A stretch of 32,000 bases of DNA from Candidatus Saccharimonadota bacterium (GTDB taxonomy: Bacteria > Patescibacteriota > Gracilibacteria > UBA1369 > 2-02-FULL-48-14): positions 510,001 to 542,000 of the forward strand of contig OZ246396.1 of NCBI GenBank assembly GCA_965230905.1, given 5' to 3'. The stretch's first letter is position 1. Each line of letters begins with the position of its first letter. The position numbers and the translations under genes were made by a program. A model generated the notes under the pieces. The model was not told the origin of the DNA. It saw only the letters and a list, made by a program, of their open reading frames with translations, and did not search any database. Positions 7,830-16,010 of this stretch are shown one piece after another.

Positions 7830-10800
7830 GTGAAAGATTGTAAACATTTAATCAAACTCTTCCCTGCAGGACAAAACCTGAAGGTGATTGAGCAGTTCGA
7901 TCAACAAGGCTATAGCTCACTTTCAGGCAGCGGGAATTATTCGTCCAAGGCTTTTTTGATTGCCGACTTGCTCCGGGAGATTAAGGATTTGAAAAAAGTG
8001 CTGTGGATTTGCAGCGATCAGGTACACAAGGAAAACATTACTCGATCGCTTTCGCTGTGGGCGGATGCGCCGGTTTATGATTTTAATGTGGAAGAAAACC
8101 TGATGCGAGACCGAGCTTTGGAACGAAAAAACAAGGTACGGACCATGGAATTGGTTTCACTCGTTTTGCAAAAAAGTGTGACTCGGTTTTTCACTATCAT
8201 GTACAAGGATTTGTTTTTGAATTACCCCAGTGCGGTGGAAATCGAAAAGAGGATTTTGAAGGTGGCCCAAAGAGACAGTATAGACAGTGTGTCGTTTTTT
8301 GAGTCGCTCATCACCCTGGGTTACGAGGTTTCGGACGATGCGTTTGTGGAGAAGGGCGAGTACTTCCGCCAGGGAGACCTGCTCACGATTTGGCCGGTGA
8401 ACAGCGAGGCGCCGATTCGCATGGAACTGGCTTTTGACGACATTGAGCGGATTGCGATTTTTGATCAAACGACGAAGGAGGACGTGAGCGAACTCAAGGA
8501 AATTGAAATCTATCCGATTGCTGTGCCCGAGGGCGGGGTGAATTTATTGAGTTATTTTGGAAAGGGAACCTTGGTGCTGGATGACGAGGTGGAGTTCCCC
8601 GACGACGAAACCGAAAAGTTTGAGGCGGTGATGGCGGCAAGGAATCCGGAGTCGCGGTACATCGAGTTCCGCTCGTTTATGGAGGAGACGCCGTACCACC
8701 ACCATTTGCATTATTTGTCCGTGCTCAAGTACTACAACCCGCTGGATTTTATTGCGGATTTGAAGGAAAAAATGAGTCAGGATTGGACGGTGTTTTTGTT
8801 CACCAAGCATCCGGAGCTGTATCACAATTTATTTGAAGACAAGGGAATTGCTTACAGCGATTACAGCAAAGGTGAGTACCGGGGTGGGGCGGAGGTGGTG
8901 ATTTTCCCGATTGGAGTGGACGATGTTTTCCCGGAAGGTTTTCAGAATCCGGCGCTAAAATTGACGCTTATCACGGACCGAAATGTGGGGAATTTTGTGG
9001 AGACGGAAAAGAAGGCGCCGGAGCGGCAGAAGGTGTACATGGACTTTTTGACGGGACTTAAGACGGGCGACTTTGTGGTGCACAGCGACCACGGAATTGG
9101 GATCTTTTTGGGACTCGACAAGCGCACCATCGACGGGGTGACGCGTGAATATTTGAAAATTGGATACGCGGAAAACGACAAACTTTTTGTGCCGATTGAC
9201 CAGGCGGACAAGGTTTCTAAATTCATTGGATCAGGGGATAGGCCGCCGAAATTGACGCGGCTCGGAAGCGCCGAATGGACCACGGTGCAAAACCGGGTTC
9301 GCAAGGAAACGGAGAAAATTGCTCAGGAACTTTTGGAACTTTATGCGGAACGCGAAAGCGCGCGCGGGTTTATGTTTGAAGCGGATACAGCGCGCATGCT
9401 GCAGTTCGAAAAGAATTTTGAATACGAAGAAACGCCGGGTCAAACCCGCGCTATTTTGGACGTGAAGCGCGACCTCGAAGGCAAGAAGCCGATGGACCGA
9501 CTGGTGTGTGGAGATGTGGGATTTGGAAAGACCGAAGTGGCGATGCGCGCGGCCTTTAAAGCCGTGGAAGGGAAGAAGCAAGTGGCGGTGCTCGCGCCGA
9601 TCACGATTCTGGTGGACCAGCATTACAAAAACTTTAAAAAGCGTATGGAAGGATTCGATGTGCGCATTGAAATGCTCAGCCGTTTCCGCAGCCCAGCCGA
9701 GCAAAAAAAGATTCTGCGTGCGCTCGAAAAAGGTGAGATCGATATTATTATTGGAACGCACCGACTTTTGCAGGAAGATATTAAATTCAAGGACCTTGGC
9801 CTGGTGGTGATTGATGAAGAACAACGTTTTGGAGTGAAGCAAAAAGAGGCGCTCAAGAACCTGCGCAAGGAAGTGCATATTCTCACGATGACCGCGACGC
9901 CAATACCCAGAACGCTCAATATTTCGCTGCATGGACTTCGAGACATTTCTACCATCACCACGCCGCCGCCCGGACGTTTGCCGATTGTGACCGAGGTGCG
10001 CCGCTTTTCGCTGGGGCTGATTAAGAGCGTGGTTGAAAAAGAAATTGAACGCGGCGGACAAATTTACTTTTTGCACAATCGTGTGCAGACCATTGATGAC
10101 ATGGCCGCAAAACTCAAATCCTTGCTACCTAAGGCGCGCGTAGTGGTGACACACGGGAAGTTGAGGCCCGACGACTTGGAGGCCCGCATTTTGGCCTTTA
10201 AAAACGCTGAATATGACATTCTCGTTTCTTCGACAATTATTGAAAATGGAATCGACTTACCAAATGCGAATACTTTGATTGTGAACAGTGCGGAACGGTT
10301 TGGACTCGCGCAGCTTTACCAGTTACGTGGACGAGTTGGACGAAGTCGTAAGCAGGCCTATGCGTACTTTTTGTACCATATGAAGCGCTTGCCGCTGGAT
10401 GCCAAAAAGCGTCTGCGGGCGATTGTGGAGGCGAACGAACTCGGGGCGGGATTCCAAATTGCGATGAAGGATTTGGAGATTCGCGGCGCCGGAGATATTT
10501 TGGGCGCGAACCAAAGCGGCGCCATTCAAGTGGTGGGAGTTTCGCATTTTATTCGTATGCTGAACCAAGCCGTGGACGACTTGAAGAAAGGCCGAAAAGT
10601 GACCGACGAGCACACCGTGCCGGAAGTGACCATTGAAATTCCGCTGCCCGCGTACGTGCCCGACGAATATATTATTTCATCCAAAGAAAAGATTTCCGTG
10701 TACCAAAAACTCGCGAGCGCCGACACGCTGGAGTACCTCACGGAACTCCGCATGCAGCTCACGGAAGACTACGGACGCATGCCGGAAGAAGTGGCGAATT

Positions 10801-11099
10801 TGTTCCGCGTTTTGGAAATCAAGATGCTAGGAAAGAAGGCTCGCATCATCAACGTGAAGGCGGAAAATGTTCACGGTAGTGACGATCGCCAGATTGTTTT
10901 ACACATGTCTAGTCACGTTAGACCCGAAAATATTATGTCGCTACTCGACGAGAATTCTAAGTGGATTATTTCCGGAACCAAGCTAAAAATCAAGATTAAG
11001 GAGCTGGGAACGAACTGGGTGGAAGAACTTAAAAAGAGCCTCGCGGCGCTTGGCAAGAAACTCAAGAATGCGCCGGGGAGTGAGGTGGAGAAGGACTAA
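7830..11099 (+). CDS. mfd: transcription-repair coupling factor
   Basis: 1089 aa with a GTG start. CarD/RNAP-interaction-like block (GDFVVHSDHGIGIFLG...YAENDKLFVP), SF2 helicase motifs GDVGFGKTEVAMRAAF, DEEQRFGV, TATPIPRTL and QLRGRVGRS, and a TRCF C-terminal domain. Confidence 0.93.
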   Translation: MKDCKHLIKLFPAGQNLKVIEQFDQQGYSSLSGSGNYSSKAFLIADLLREIKDLKKVLWICSDQVHKENITRSLSLWADAPVYDFNVEENLMRDRALERKNKVRTMELVSLVLQKSVTRFFTIMYKDLFLNYPSAVEIEKRILKVAQRDSIDSVSFFESLITLGYEVSDDAFVEKGEYFRQGDLLTIWPVNSEAPIRMELAFDDIERIAIFDQTTKEDVSELKEIEIYPIAVPEGGVNLLSYFGKGTLVLDDEVEFPDDETEKFEAVMAARNPESRYIEFRSFMEETPYHHHLHYLSVLKYYNPLDFIADLKEKMSQDWTVFLFTKHPELYHNLFEDKGIAYSDYSKGEYRGGAEVVIFPIGVDDVFPEGFQNPALKLTLITDRNVGNFVETEKKAPERQKVYMDFLTGLKTGDFVVHSDHGIGIFLGLDKRTIDGVTREYLKIGYAENDKLFVPIDQADKVSKFIGSGDRPPKLTRLGSAEWTTVQNRVRKETEKIAQELLELYAERESARGFMFEADTARMLQFEKNFEYEETPGQTRAILDVKRDLEGKKPMDRLVCGDVGFGKTEVAMRAAFKAVEGKKQVAVLAPITILVDQHYKNFKKRMEGFDVRIEMLSRFRSPAEQKKILRALEKGEIDIIIGTHRLLQEDIKFKDLGLVVIDEEQRFGVKQKEALKNLRKEVHILTMTATPIPRTLNISLHGLRDISTITTPPPGRLPIVTEVRRFSLGLIKSVVEKEIERGGQIYFLHNRVQTIDDMAAKLKSLLPKARVVVTHGKLRPDDLEARILAFKNAEYDILVSSTIIENGIDLPNANTLIVNSAERFGLAQLYQLRGRVGRSRKQAYAYFLYHMKRLPLDAKKRLRAIVEANELGAGFQIAMKDLEIRGAGDILGANQSGAIQVVGVSHFIRMLNQAVDDLKKGRKVTDEHTVPEVTIEIPLPAYVPDEYIISSKEKISVYQKLASADTLEYLTELRMQLTEDYGRMPEEVANLFRVLEIKMLGKKARIINVKAENVHGSDDRQIVLHMSSHVRPENIMSLLDENSKWIISGTKLKIKIKELGTNWVEELKKSLAALGKKLKNAPGSEVEKD

Positions 11100-12835
11100 G
11101 CCGTGGGCTGCGCCAGTTGATTCAGGCTGTACAGCGAGCTCTGAAGTCGTGCTATTTGCTCGGCGTTGAGGCCCAGGGTTTTAGCGTTGCCAAGTGCGGT
11201 TGAGATGTCCATGGTTGTACCGGCGATGTCACGGAAAATCGGCTCACTTTTGGCTACGGCGGCCTCTGCTTTAACCGTAGCACCCTCGGTGTTTCTTACA
11301 CCGTATTCTGCTTGGTCAAGCGCTTTATGCGCCGTGTGCGCAGTGTGTTCTGCACGGTGAACTAAATGATATTTGCCATTTACGGCCTGTGCTTTTGCCA
11401 GAAGGCCCTCGGTGATTTCGGCCGCCTCGACTCCGTAGGCAGCCAAGCGAGGGAATTGCTGGAGTACTGGATTGATGGCCATGGCGAAGGTTTCAAGGCC
11501 GCGGACCGCGCCGGTTACGCGTGCAAGGCCAGCCATTTTACCGCCCACGGCACTCAAGCTCTTTACCTTAAGGAGAGCGCCCACCCCGCCTCCAATCCCG
11601 AGTCCTGCCACCATCTCTGAAGTCATACGAATAACCAAAAGTTGCATCTCCAGAGGAGTCATAGTATTTGCACCGTGTTCCACCAGCTGCTTACCCATTT
11701 TGTAGGTATCTGGTTTTAGAAGATACGGCATCACATGGATTACGTGCCCGATGGCATCTATGGGGTGCCGGAAGAAGTCCAAAGTGGCGCCGACCGCAGA
11801 GTCGACACCCCCACACGTTGCGAGTAAGTACTGTTGATTGGGGCTGAGCTGATTTACGGGTGTCCCCATGTAAACCTGCGCCGCTCCTTCGAGTGAATAA
11901 ATTTGCTTGAACCCCTCCACCGAGAGGAGATCTTTCACCATTGGCTTGTCCTGCGCGCCATGGATAAGGAAGTTGAGCATGAGGGACATTTCTTCGTCGG
12001 TCATCATCACCTCGGCGCTTGCTTCCGGATGCGCAATCATCTCTTTGTGAGCAGGATTGAATAGAACATTGCCCATCACTTGATTTAGAAGAGAATGAAC
12101 GTCGAGAGCGTCTTTGAATGTGGAAAGGAACAGGCTCTTTGCCCTTCCCGGATCCACACTTGCTTGAGCTTGAACCCTTTTAAGGGCGGCGACGATGGTG
12201 GCGCCCACATCTGCTATTTGCATGCCCGTCAAATTATAAAACTCCGTTCGGGCAGCGCCGTAAGCTCGTGAATTTTTAATATCTTCAAGCTCTGTGAGCA
12301 GTGTTTTGTTTTCCTGCTCATATCCCACCAATTTTTCGACATTGGGCTTTTGTCCCAAGGTCTCACCAATCGCCACCAAGGTGTCTGAAAGGCGATCTGG
12401 GTTGAACGTGGATTCGGGTAAAGTGGCCTGGTAAGTCTCCTGTACTTTTTGTTCCAAGCGCATTTCTTTACCGGCGGCGGAGCTTAGCTCGGTTCGCATC
12501 TCAAGCAACTGTGTACTTGCGAGGTAGGCCACGGCATCGATCTGTCCTCTTGCCGATTCACCCTCTCCAGCGGTGAGGAGATCGAACTGAAAAGCGAGAT
12601 TTTCGAGTAGGGCTTCTGGGGTATCCTCATTGTTACGCTGCACGTCCAAGAAGTTTTCCTTCACCCCTTCATAAATGCCCATTTGCTTGTAGCTCCCAAT
12701 GGCTCCACGGATGGCCCTTTCAGACTCCACGATTTCTATCTTACGGCTCACCGAAAGATCCATTTCAGCTTTATTGACTCGGCCTTCTGCCGACGTCATT
12801 GCGTCGCTCACCGTTCTAGGTTTTTCAGGTGCCAT
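11096..12835 (-). CDS. hypothetical protein (579 aa): helical, coiled-coil-like N-terminal half and a Gly-rich hydrophobic segment near the C-terminal third
   Basis: Long ORF whose ATG overlaps the upstream gene's stop (TAATG). Contains MVAGLGIGGGVGALLKVKSLSAVGGKMAGLARVTGAV and an HTAHTAH run. No signal peptide and no family I recognise. Confidence 0.6.
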   Translation of the reverse strand: MAPEKPRTVSDAMTSAEGRVNKAEMDLSVSRKIEIVESERAIRGAIGSYKQMGIYEGVKENFLDVQRNNEDTPEALLENLAFQFDLLTAGEGESARGQIDAVAYLASTQLLEMRTELSSAAGKEMRLEQKVQETYQATLPESTFNPDRLSDTLVAIGETLGQKPNVEKLVGYEQENKTLLTELEDIKNSRAYGAARTEFYNLTGMQIADVGATIVAALKRVQAQASVDPGRAKSLFLSTFKDALDVHSLLNQVMGNVLFNPAHKEMIAHPEASAEVMMTDEEMSLMLNFLIHGAQDKPMVKDLLSVEGFKQIYSLEGAAQVYMGTPVNQLSPNQQYLLATCGGVDSAVGATLDFFRHPIDAIGHVIHVMPYLLKPDTYKMGKQLVEHGANTMTPLEMQLLVIRMTSEMVAGLGIGGGVGALLKVKSLSAVGGKMAGLARVTGAVRGLETFAMAINPVLQQFPRLAAYGVEAAEITEGLLAKAQAVNGKYHLVHRAEHTAHTAHKALDQAEYGVRNTEGATVKAEAAVAKSEPIFRDIAGTTMDISTALGNAKTLGLNAEQIARLQSSLYSLNQLAQPTA

Positions 12836-13161
12836 TATAAAGACTCAAGAATATTTTCAGGATTTTCTTTGGCGGAACTTGAGGCCTCCCACTTTTTAAG
12901 AAAGCGGGGAAGCTCTACATGTTTGAAGTTTTCAAGGGCCTTTAAATGATCGGCATCGATTGTAGCTAAATGAGAAGCTTCCTCCTCACGGATTTCCTTT
13001 ACACTTTGAGCTTCTTTGCCAAGTATGCCTTTAAGGCGCTCAAGACCCGTCTCATTCAATTCCCCCAGAGTGCTTAGCCAGTACCACTGTTCTTCAGGGC
13101 TGTCTTTAAGCGCTTCGGAGCTTTCGATCAAGTGACGAAGGTCTTCTTGTAGAGAGGTCAT
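12835..13161 (-). CDS. hypothetical small acidic helical protein (108 aa)
   Basis: Coupled to both neighbours, with an ATGA overlap at 13158-13161 and a TAATG overlap at 12833-12837. No recognisable motif. Confidence 0.5.
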   Translation of the reverse strand: MTSLQEDLRHLIESSEALKDSPEEQWYWLSTLGELNETGLERLKGILGKEAQSVKEIREEEASHLATIDADHLKALENFKHVELPRFLKKWEASSSAKENPENILESL

Positions 13162-13730
13162 GCGGCAGAAATATTAAGGATATGTTCGAGAACCGCCACC
13201 AGTGTTTCTGGATCTGACGTTTTAAAAAGGCGTTCATTGAAGGTTCTCTGGTCGGGGCTGGCGCTTGTGGAGCTGGAGGGGCTGTTCAAAAGTGCATACA
13301 GGGCCAAGGCGGCGTTTTGCTCTACGTTGTGTGAGCCCGCTTCCATGGCTGCACTAACAAGCGCACCCTTTTCTAGTGAGGCCAGACGGCGTTTAGTCGA
13401 AGCGTCGACGTCAAGCATATCAAATAAACGATCTTGTACAGAAGGATCCTTTGGACTCGCAATCCACTTGTCGAAACACACAAAAAGCTTTTGGGTAGCC
13501 TCCACTTTACCTTGGGCCATCGCACGAGTTATTAAGTCGGCGCAATACCAGTGAGCGGGGTGGTATTTGTCCCTGGCTTGTTCTAAAAGAGCCTGCTTAC
13601 TTTCCAGGGCAAGAAACATGATTTCACCGCGCGCGTCCATTTTTGCGCCCGCAGGTAGAGCCTCTGTGGCGGCGACTTGATCTAGGCCCTTTTTTGTCAT
13701 AGCTATTTTTAAATCTTTAAATTGTACCAC
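13158..13730 (-). CDS. hypothetical protein (190 aa from GTG 13730, or 180 aa from ATG 13700)
   Basis: First gene of the three-gene minus-strand operon. Its TGA stop overlaps the next ATG. No recognisable motif. Confidence 0.55.
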   Translation of the reverse strand: MVQFKDLKIAMTKKGLDQVAATEALPAGAKMDARGEIMFLALESKQALLEQARDKYHPAHWYCADLITRAMAQGKVEATQKLFVCFDKWIASPKDPSVQDRLFDMLDVDASTKRRLASLEKGALVSAAMEAGSHNVEQNAALALYALLNSPSSSTSASPDQRTFNERLFKTSDPETLVAVLEHILNISAA

Positions 13731-13754
13731 AAACCTGAAGTCTTGAGAAGGGAC

Positions 13755-13783
13755 TTGAGGGGGAGCCCGGTCTGAGTTATACT
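13755..13783 (+). promoter_or_regulatory. candidate sigma70-type promoter for ssrA
   Basis: TTGAGG (13755-13760), a 17-nt spacer, then TATACT (13778-13783). The -10 ends 21 nt before the mature tmRNA 5' end, which fits an RNase P-processed leader. Confidence 0.35.
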
Positions 13784-13804
13784 TACCCAGCTCTTTGAAA
13801 ACGT

Positions 13805-14238
13805 GGGGATGTACAGGCTTTGACAGAAAGATTTAGAAGTCCGTTGCCTGCTTTCAGGTGGTTGTCTGGTCCCACCTTAACCCGTCCAGACAAACTTAAG
13901 TGCTAAAAACACTGAAAACGATGGTGAACTTTCACTCGTTGCACAACTCAAGGCTCTTGTGAGCCCTCGAGAACTTGCACTTGCTTAGTTCCCTCGTTTG
14001 AACCGTCATTAAGTACGGTTCCGTTCCTTCACCGACGCCTTGTGGGTGAAACGAGCGTAATATCCGAGGCTTAGGGAAACTCCTGCTAGTGTTCCGGGAG
14101 CGTACCGAAACTTTGAAGACTCGACTGCAGCGCTTTTGTCCGCTTTTTATACTGCAGCCGTAAACAAAGCGAACTATGAAAGTAAACGGTTTCGCACTTC
14201 CTTTTTGGACGCGGGTTCGATTCCCGCCATCTCCACCA
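13805..14238 (+). ncRNA. ssrA: tmRNA (transfer-messenger RNA)
   Basis: 5' GGGGAUGUACAGGCUUUGAC. 3' T-arm GCGGG-UUCGAUU-CCCGC, then acceptor strand CAUCUCC, discriminator A and an encoded CCA. The acceptor pairing gives the G3:U70 alanine identity pair. An internal open frame at 13902-13988 ends ...RELALA-TAG. Confidence 0.9.
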
Positions 14239-14241
14239 TTT

Positions 14242-14514
14242 TTAATAAACCTCATCGTGGGCTCCAACATCTACAGGAATAATGAGGTCTTTTTTGACGA
14301 TGAAGTCTAAAACCACTCGGTAGCTGATGTTGATGGAAACGGACTGGAGCTTTTTCAAAACGCCTTTGAGCTTATGTAATCTTAAAGAGGGGTGGGAAGG
14401 GTTTAGCGACAAAAGTTTCAAAGTTTTGGCATATTGCTCTTTAAGCTCAGGGTGTTTTTTTAAAAACTTTGCTGCTCGGCGCTCGTAGCTTTCGGTGAAA
14501 ATCAACTTAGGCAT
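14242..14514 (-). CDS. RelE/ParE-superfamily type II toxin (mRNA interferase-like)
   Basis: 90 aa. ...LRLHKLKGVLKKLQSVSINISYRVVLDFIVKKDLIIPVDVGAHDEVY fits the RelE/StbE/ParE C-terminal pattern. It overlaps the upstream antitoxin gene by 8 nt. Confidence 0.85.
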   Translation of the reverse strand: MPKLIFTESYERRAAKFLKKHPELKEQYAKTLKLLSLNPSHPSLRLHKLKGVLKKLQSVSINISYRVVLDFIVKKDLIIPVDVGAHDEVY

Positions 14515-14764
14515 TCGCGATACGGTTTAAGTGATCCTCTACAGAGTCTTCGTGATAGTGGCCGGCAGCGACATCTGCCTCAGACTCGCTCAGGGCTACC
14601 GCGAGTTCGCATTCGCGCAGGCGGCTGTATTCTTGGTTGGACAGGACCACATAGGTGTTTTTGCCGTGCACGGTGATGATGGCCTCCAAACCTTGAGTCA
14701 CAATGGGTTCAAGTGCGGAAACGCCGCCCAATTTCAGATCGTTCGCGGTAATAATATTATTCAT
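14507..14764 (-). CDS. Phd/YefM-type antitoxin
   Basis: 85 aa. The N-terminus (ITANDLKLGGVSALEPIVTQGLEAIITVHGKNTYVVLSNQEYSRL) fits the Phd/YefM fold pattern. It lies upstream of the toxin and overlaps it. Confidence 0.8.
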   Translation of the reverse strand: MNNIITANDLKLGGVSALEPIVTQGLEAIITVHGKNTYVVLSNQEYSRLRECELAVALSESEADVAAGHYHEDSVEDHLNRIANA

Positions 14765-14820
14765 AGTGCTTTAAATAGTGCTATCGTTAGTATTCTAGCA
14801 CGGTGTTTGTTTTGGAACAA
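14763..14820 (-). promoter_or_regulatory. candidate toxin-antitoxin promoter with operator-like repeats
   Basis: On the minus strand: TTGTTC (+ coordinates 14815-14820), a 17-nt spacer, then TAGAAT (14792-14797). Direct repeat ATAGTGCT at 14763-14770 and 14775-14782. Inverted repeat GTGCTA 14778-14783 / TAGCAC 14796-14801; its distal arm overlaps the -10. Confidence 0.4.
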
Positions 14821-14876
14821 TCTCAAAATAAGTAAATGAGTCGGAAGGTGCGTGGAAAGTTTAGAGCCAGCTGGCA

Positions 14877-14905
14877 TTGACCTGCGGCCGACTTTGTTTT
14901 ATAGT
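14877..14905 (+). promoter_or_regulatory. near-consensus sigma70-type promoter upstream of the 115-aa ORF
   Basis: TTGACC (14877-14882), a 17-nt spacer, then TATAGT (14900-14905), 23 nt before ATG 14929. Confidence 0.45.
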
Positions 14906-14928
14906 AGGCGCACTTTCACTGAATAGGT

Positions 14929-15276
14929 ATGCCTCAATTAGAAGTCGCTCACTACAGATCGTGCGCAGTAGCAAAACCGGCGGAAGAGCTTAAAACCGTT
15001 CTTACTGGTGTAACCGTAGAGGACGGAGAAATAGACCGTTTGAGAGATGAAGTTATTGCTGCCTTTGACGGTCCTGTGGATGAATCGCCCGTGGTTGTAT
15101 TAGAGCTCCTCGTCGCTTCACGCATTCTGCGGGTTTATAATCGAGAGGTTGAAGACGCGGTTATAAGGCATACCGGAAGAATACCTGAATTTTTAACGTC
15201 GTGGATTATACCTGAATCGACTGCCCTTGATGGGGCTATTGTCCGATCGGTAGGAGCGTGGAAAGTTAGCCGATAG
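14929..15276 (+). CDS. hypothetical protein (115 aa)
   Basis: ATG-initiated ORF behind a strong promoter-like element. No recognisable family. Confidence 0.45.
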   Translation: MPQLEVAHYRSCAVAKPAEELKTVLTGVTVEDGEIDRLRDEVIAAFDGPVDESPVVVLELLVASRILRVYNREVEDAVIRHTGRIPEFLTSWIIPESTALDGAIVRSVGAWKVSR

Positions 15277-15280
15277 TTTG

Positions 15281-15290
15281 ATCTCCACCA
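15281..15290 (+). repeat. 10-bp exact copy of the tmRNA 3' terminus (ATCTCCACCA)
   Basis: Identical to 14229-14238. It lies in the 16-nt gap between two convergent orphan ORFs. Confidence 0.4.
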
Positions 15291-15292
15291 GG

Positions 15293-15871
15293 CTAACCAA
15301 GTCGTGATCGTGGATGGTCAGGGGTGGATCTTGCGAGTGAACGCACACGCTCCCGTACGGCTTCACTCAAGTGACCTAAGTGAGGGGAATCTCGCAGAAC
15401 GGCATTTGCTATATCACGGCCAGCGAATGGCCTGTAGGCATTGCCCAATCTGTCAGCGTAACTGTGGACGCTTCTAGCCAGGTGACCTGACGAACTCCCA
15501 ACGACTCGACCAATAGCCGCATCAATCTGAGCACGCGTAGCATCAGTGGTTCTTTGTCTGTGTGCCGTAAATCCGTCATCAAGGCGTGGCCTATGGACGT
15601 TTTGAATCATGAGTCGAATGACGAAATTTACCACCTCGCCAACAAGTTCTTGCTCGACCTCACCCGCATCTGCACGTTCTTGTGCGTTGGCAACCATTGC
15701 CTCGAGCCTTGGGTCTCCATTTTGTGGCACCCGATTGTCAAAATGGCTGAACAAAAGGTCTGCAAGTGAGTCGTTGTCTTGTCTGTCCATGATTCGTCCA
15801 AGCAGACCCATGAGGGAGCCTAGCTTGTGGTTGCGATTGACGCTGGTGTTTATTGAAGAGGGTTGATGCAT
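15293..15871 (-). CDS. hypothetical Arg/His-rich protein (192 aa from ATG 15871; TTG alternative at 15892)
   Basis: Only long ORF here without a competing annotated gene. No recognisable family. Confidence 0.45.
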   Translation of the reverse strand: MHQPSSINTSVNRNHKLGSLMGLLGRIMDRQDNDSLADLLFSHFDNRVPQNGDPRLEAMVANAQERADAGEVEQELVGEVVNFVIRLMIQNVHRPRLDDGFTAHRQRTTDATRAQIDAAIGRVVGSSSGHLARSVHSYADRLGNAYRPFAGRDIANAVLRDSPHLGHLSEAVRERVRSLARSTPDHPRSRLG

Positions 15872-16010
15872 GTCGGGTGAATTAATTGACAAGAGTGCAT
15901 ATTAGTGCAAAACGCATAAATCGTCAATGGAGTGCGGCAAATTGATGGAAGCAGCTTGCCATTAACAGATTAAATGTGCTAATATTTAACTGTCATCTTT
16001 TTTCGACGAC

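Noticed and set aside
11096-13730. The three-gene operon as a type III translocator/chaperone or LXG/T7SS toxin module
   Set aside because: The resemblance is only in gene sizes and helical character. I saw no secretion-system genes, immunity gene or diagnostic motifs (WXG, LXG, TPR chaperone), so I keep it only as a loose analogy.
13932-14270. 112-aa minus-strand ORF
   Set aside because: It lies almost entirely inside the tmRNA gene on the opposite strand, so it is spurious.
15293-15892. HEPN-like Rx4-6H motifs (RLMIQNVH, RDSPHLGH) in the 199-aa orphan ORF, suggesting a HEPN/MNT pair with the 115-aa ORF
   Set aside because: The motif is too degenerate to mean anything alone. The 115-aa protein shows no nucleotidyltransferase (GS...D.D) signature, and the genes are convergent rather than in one operon.
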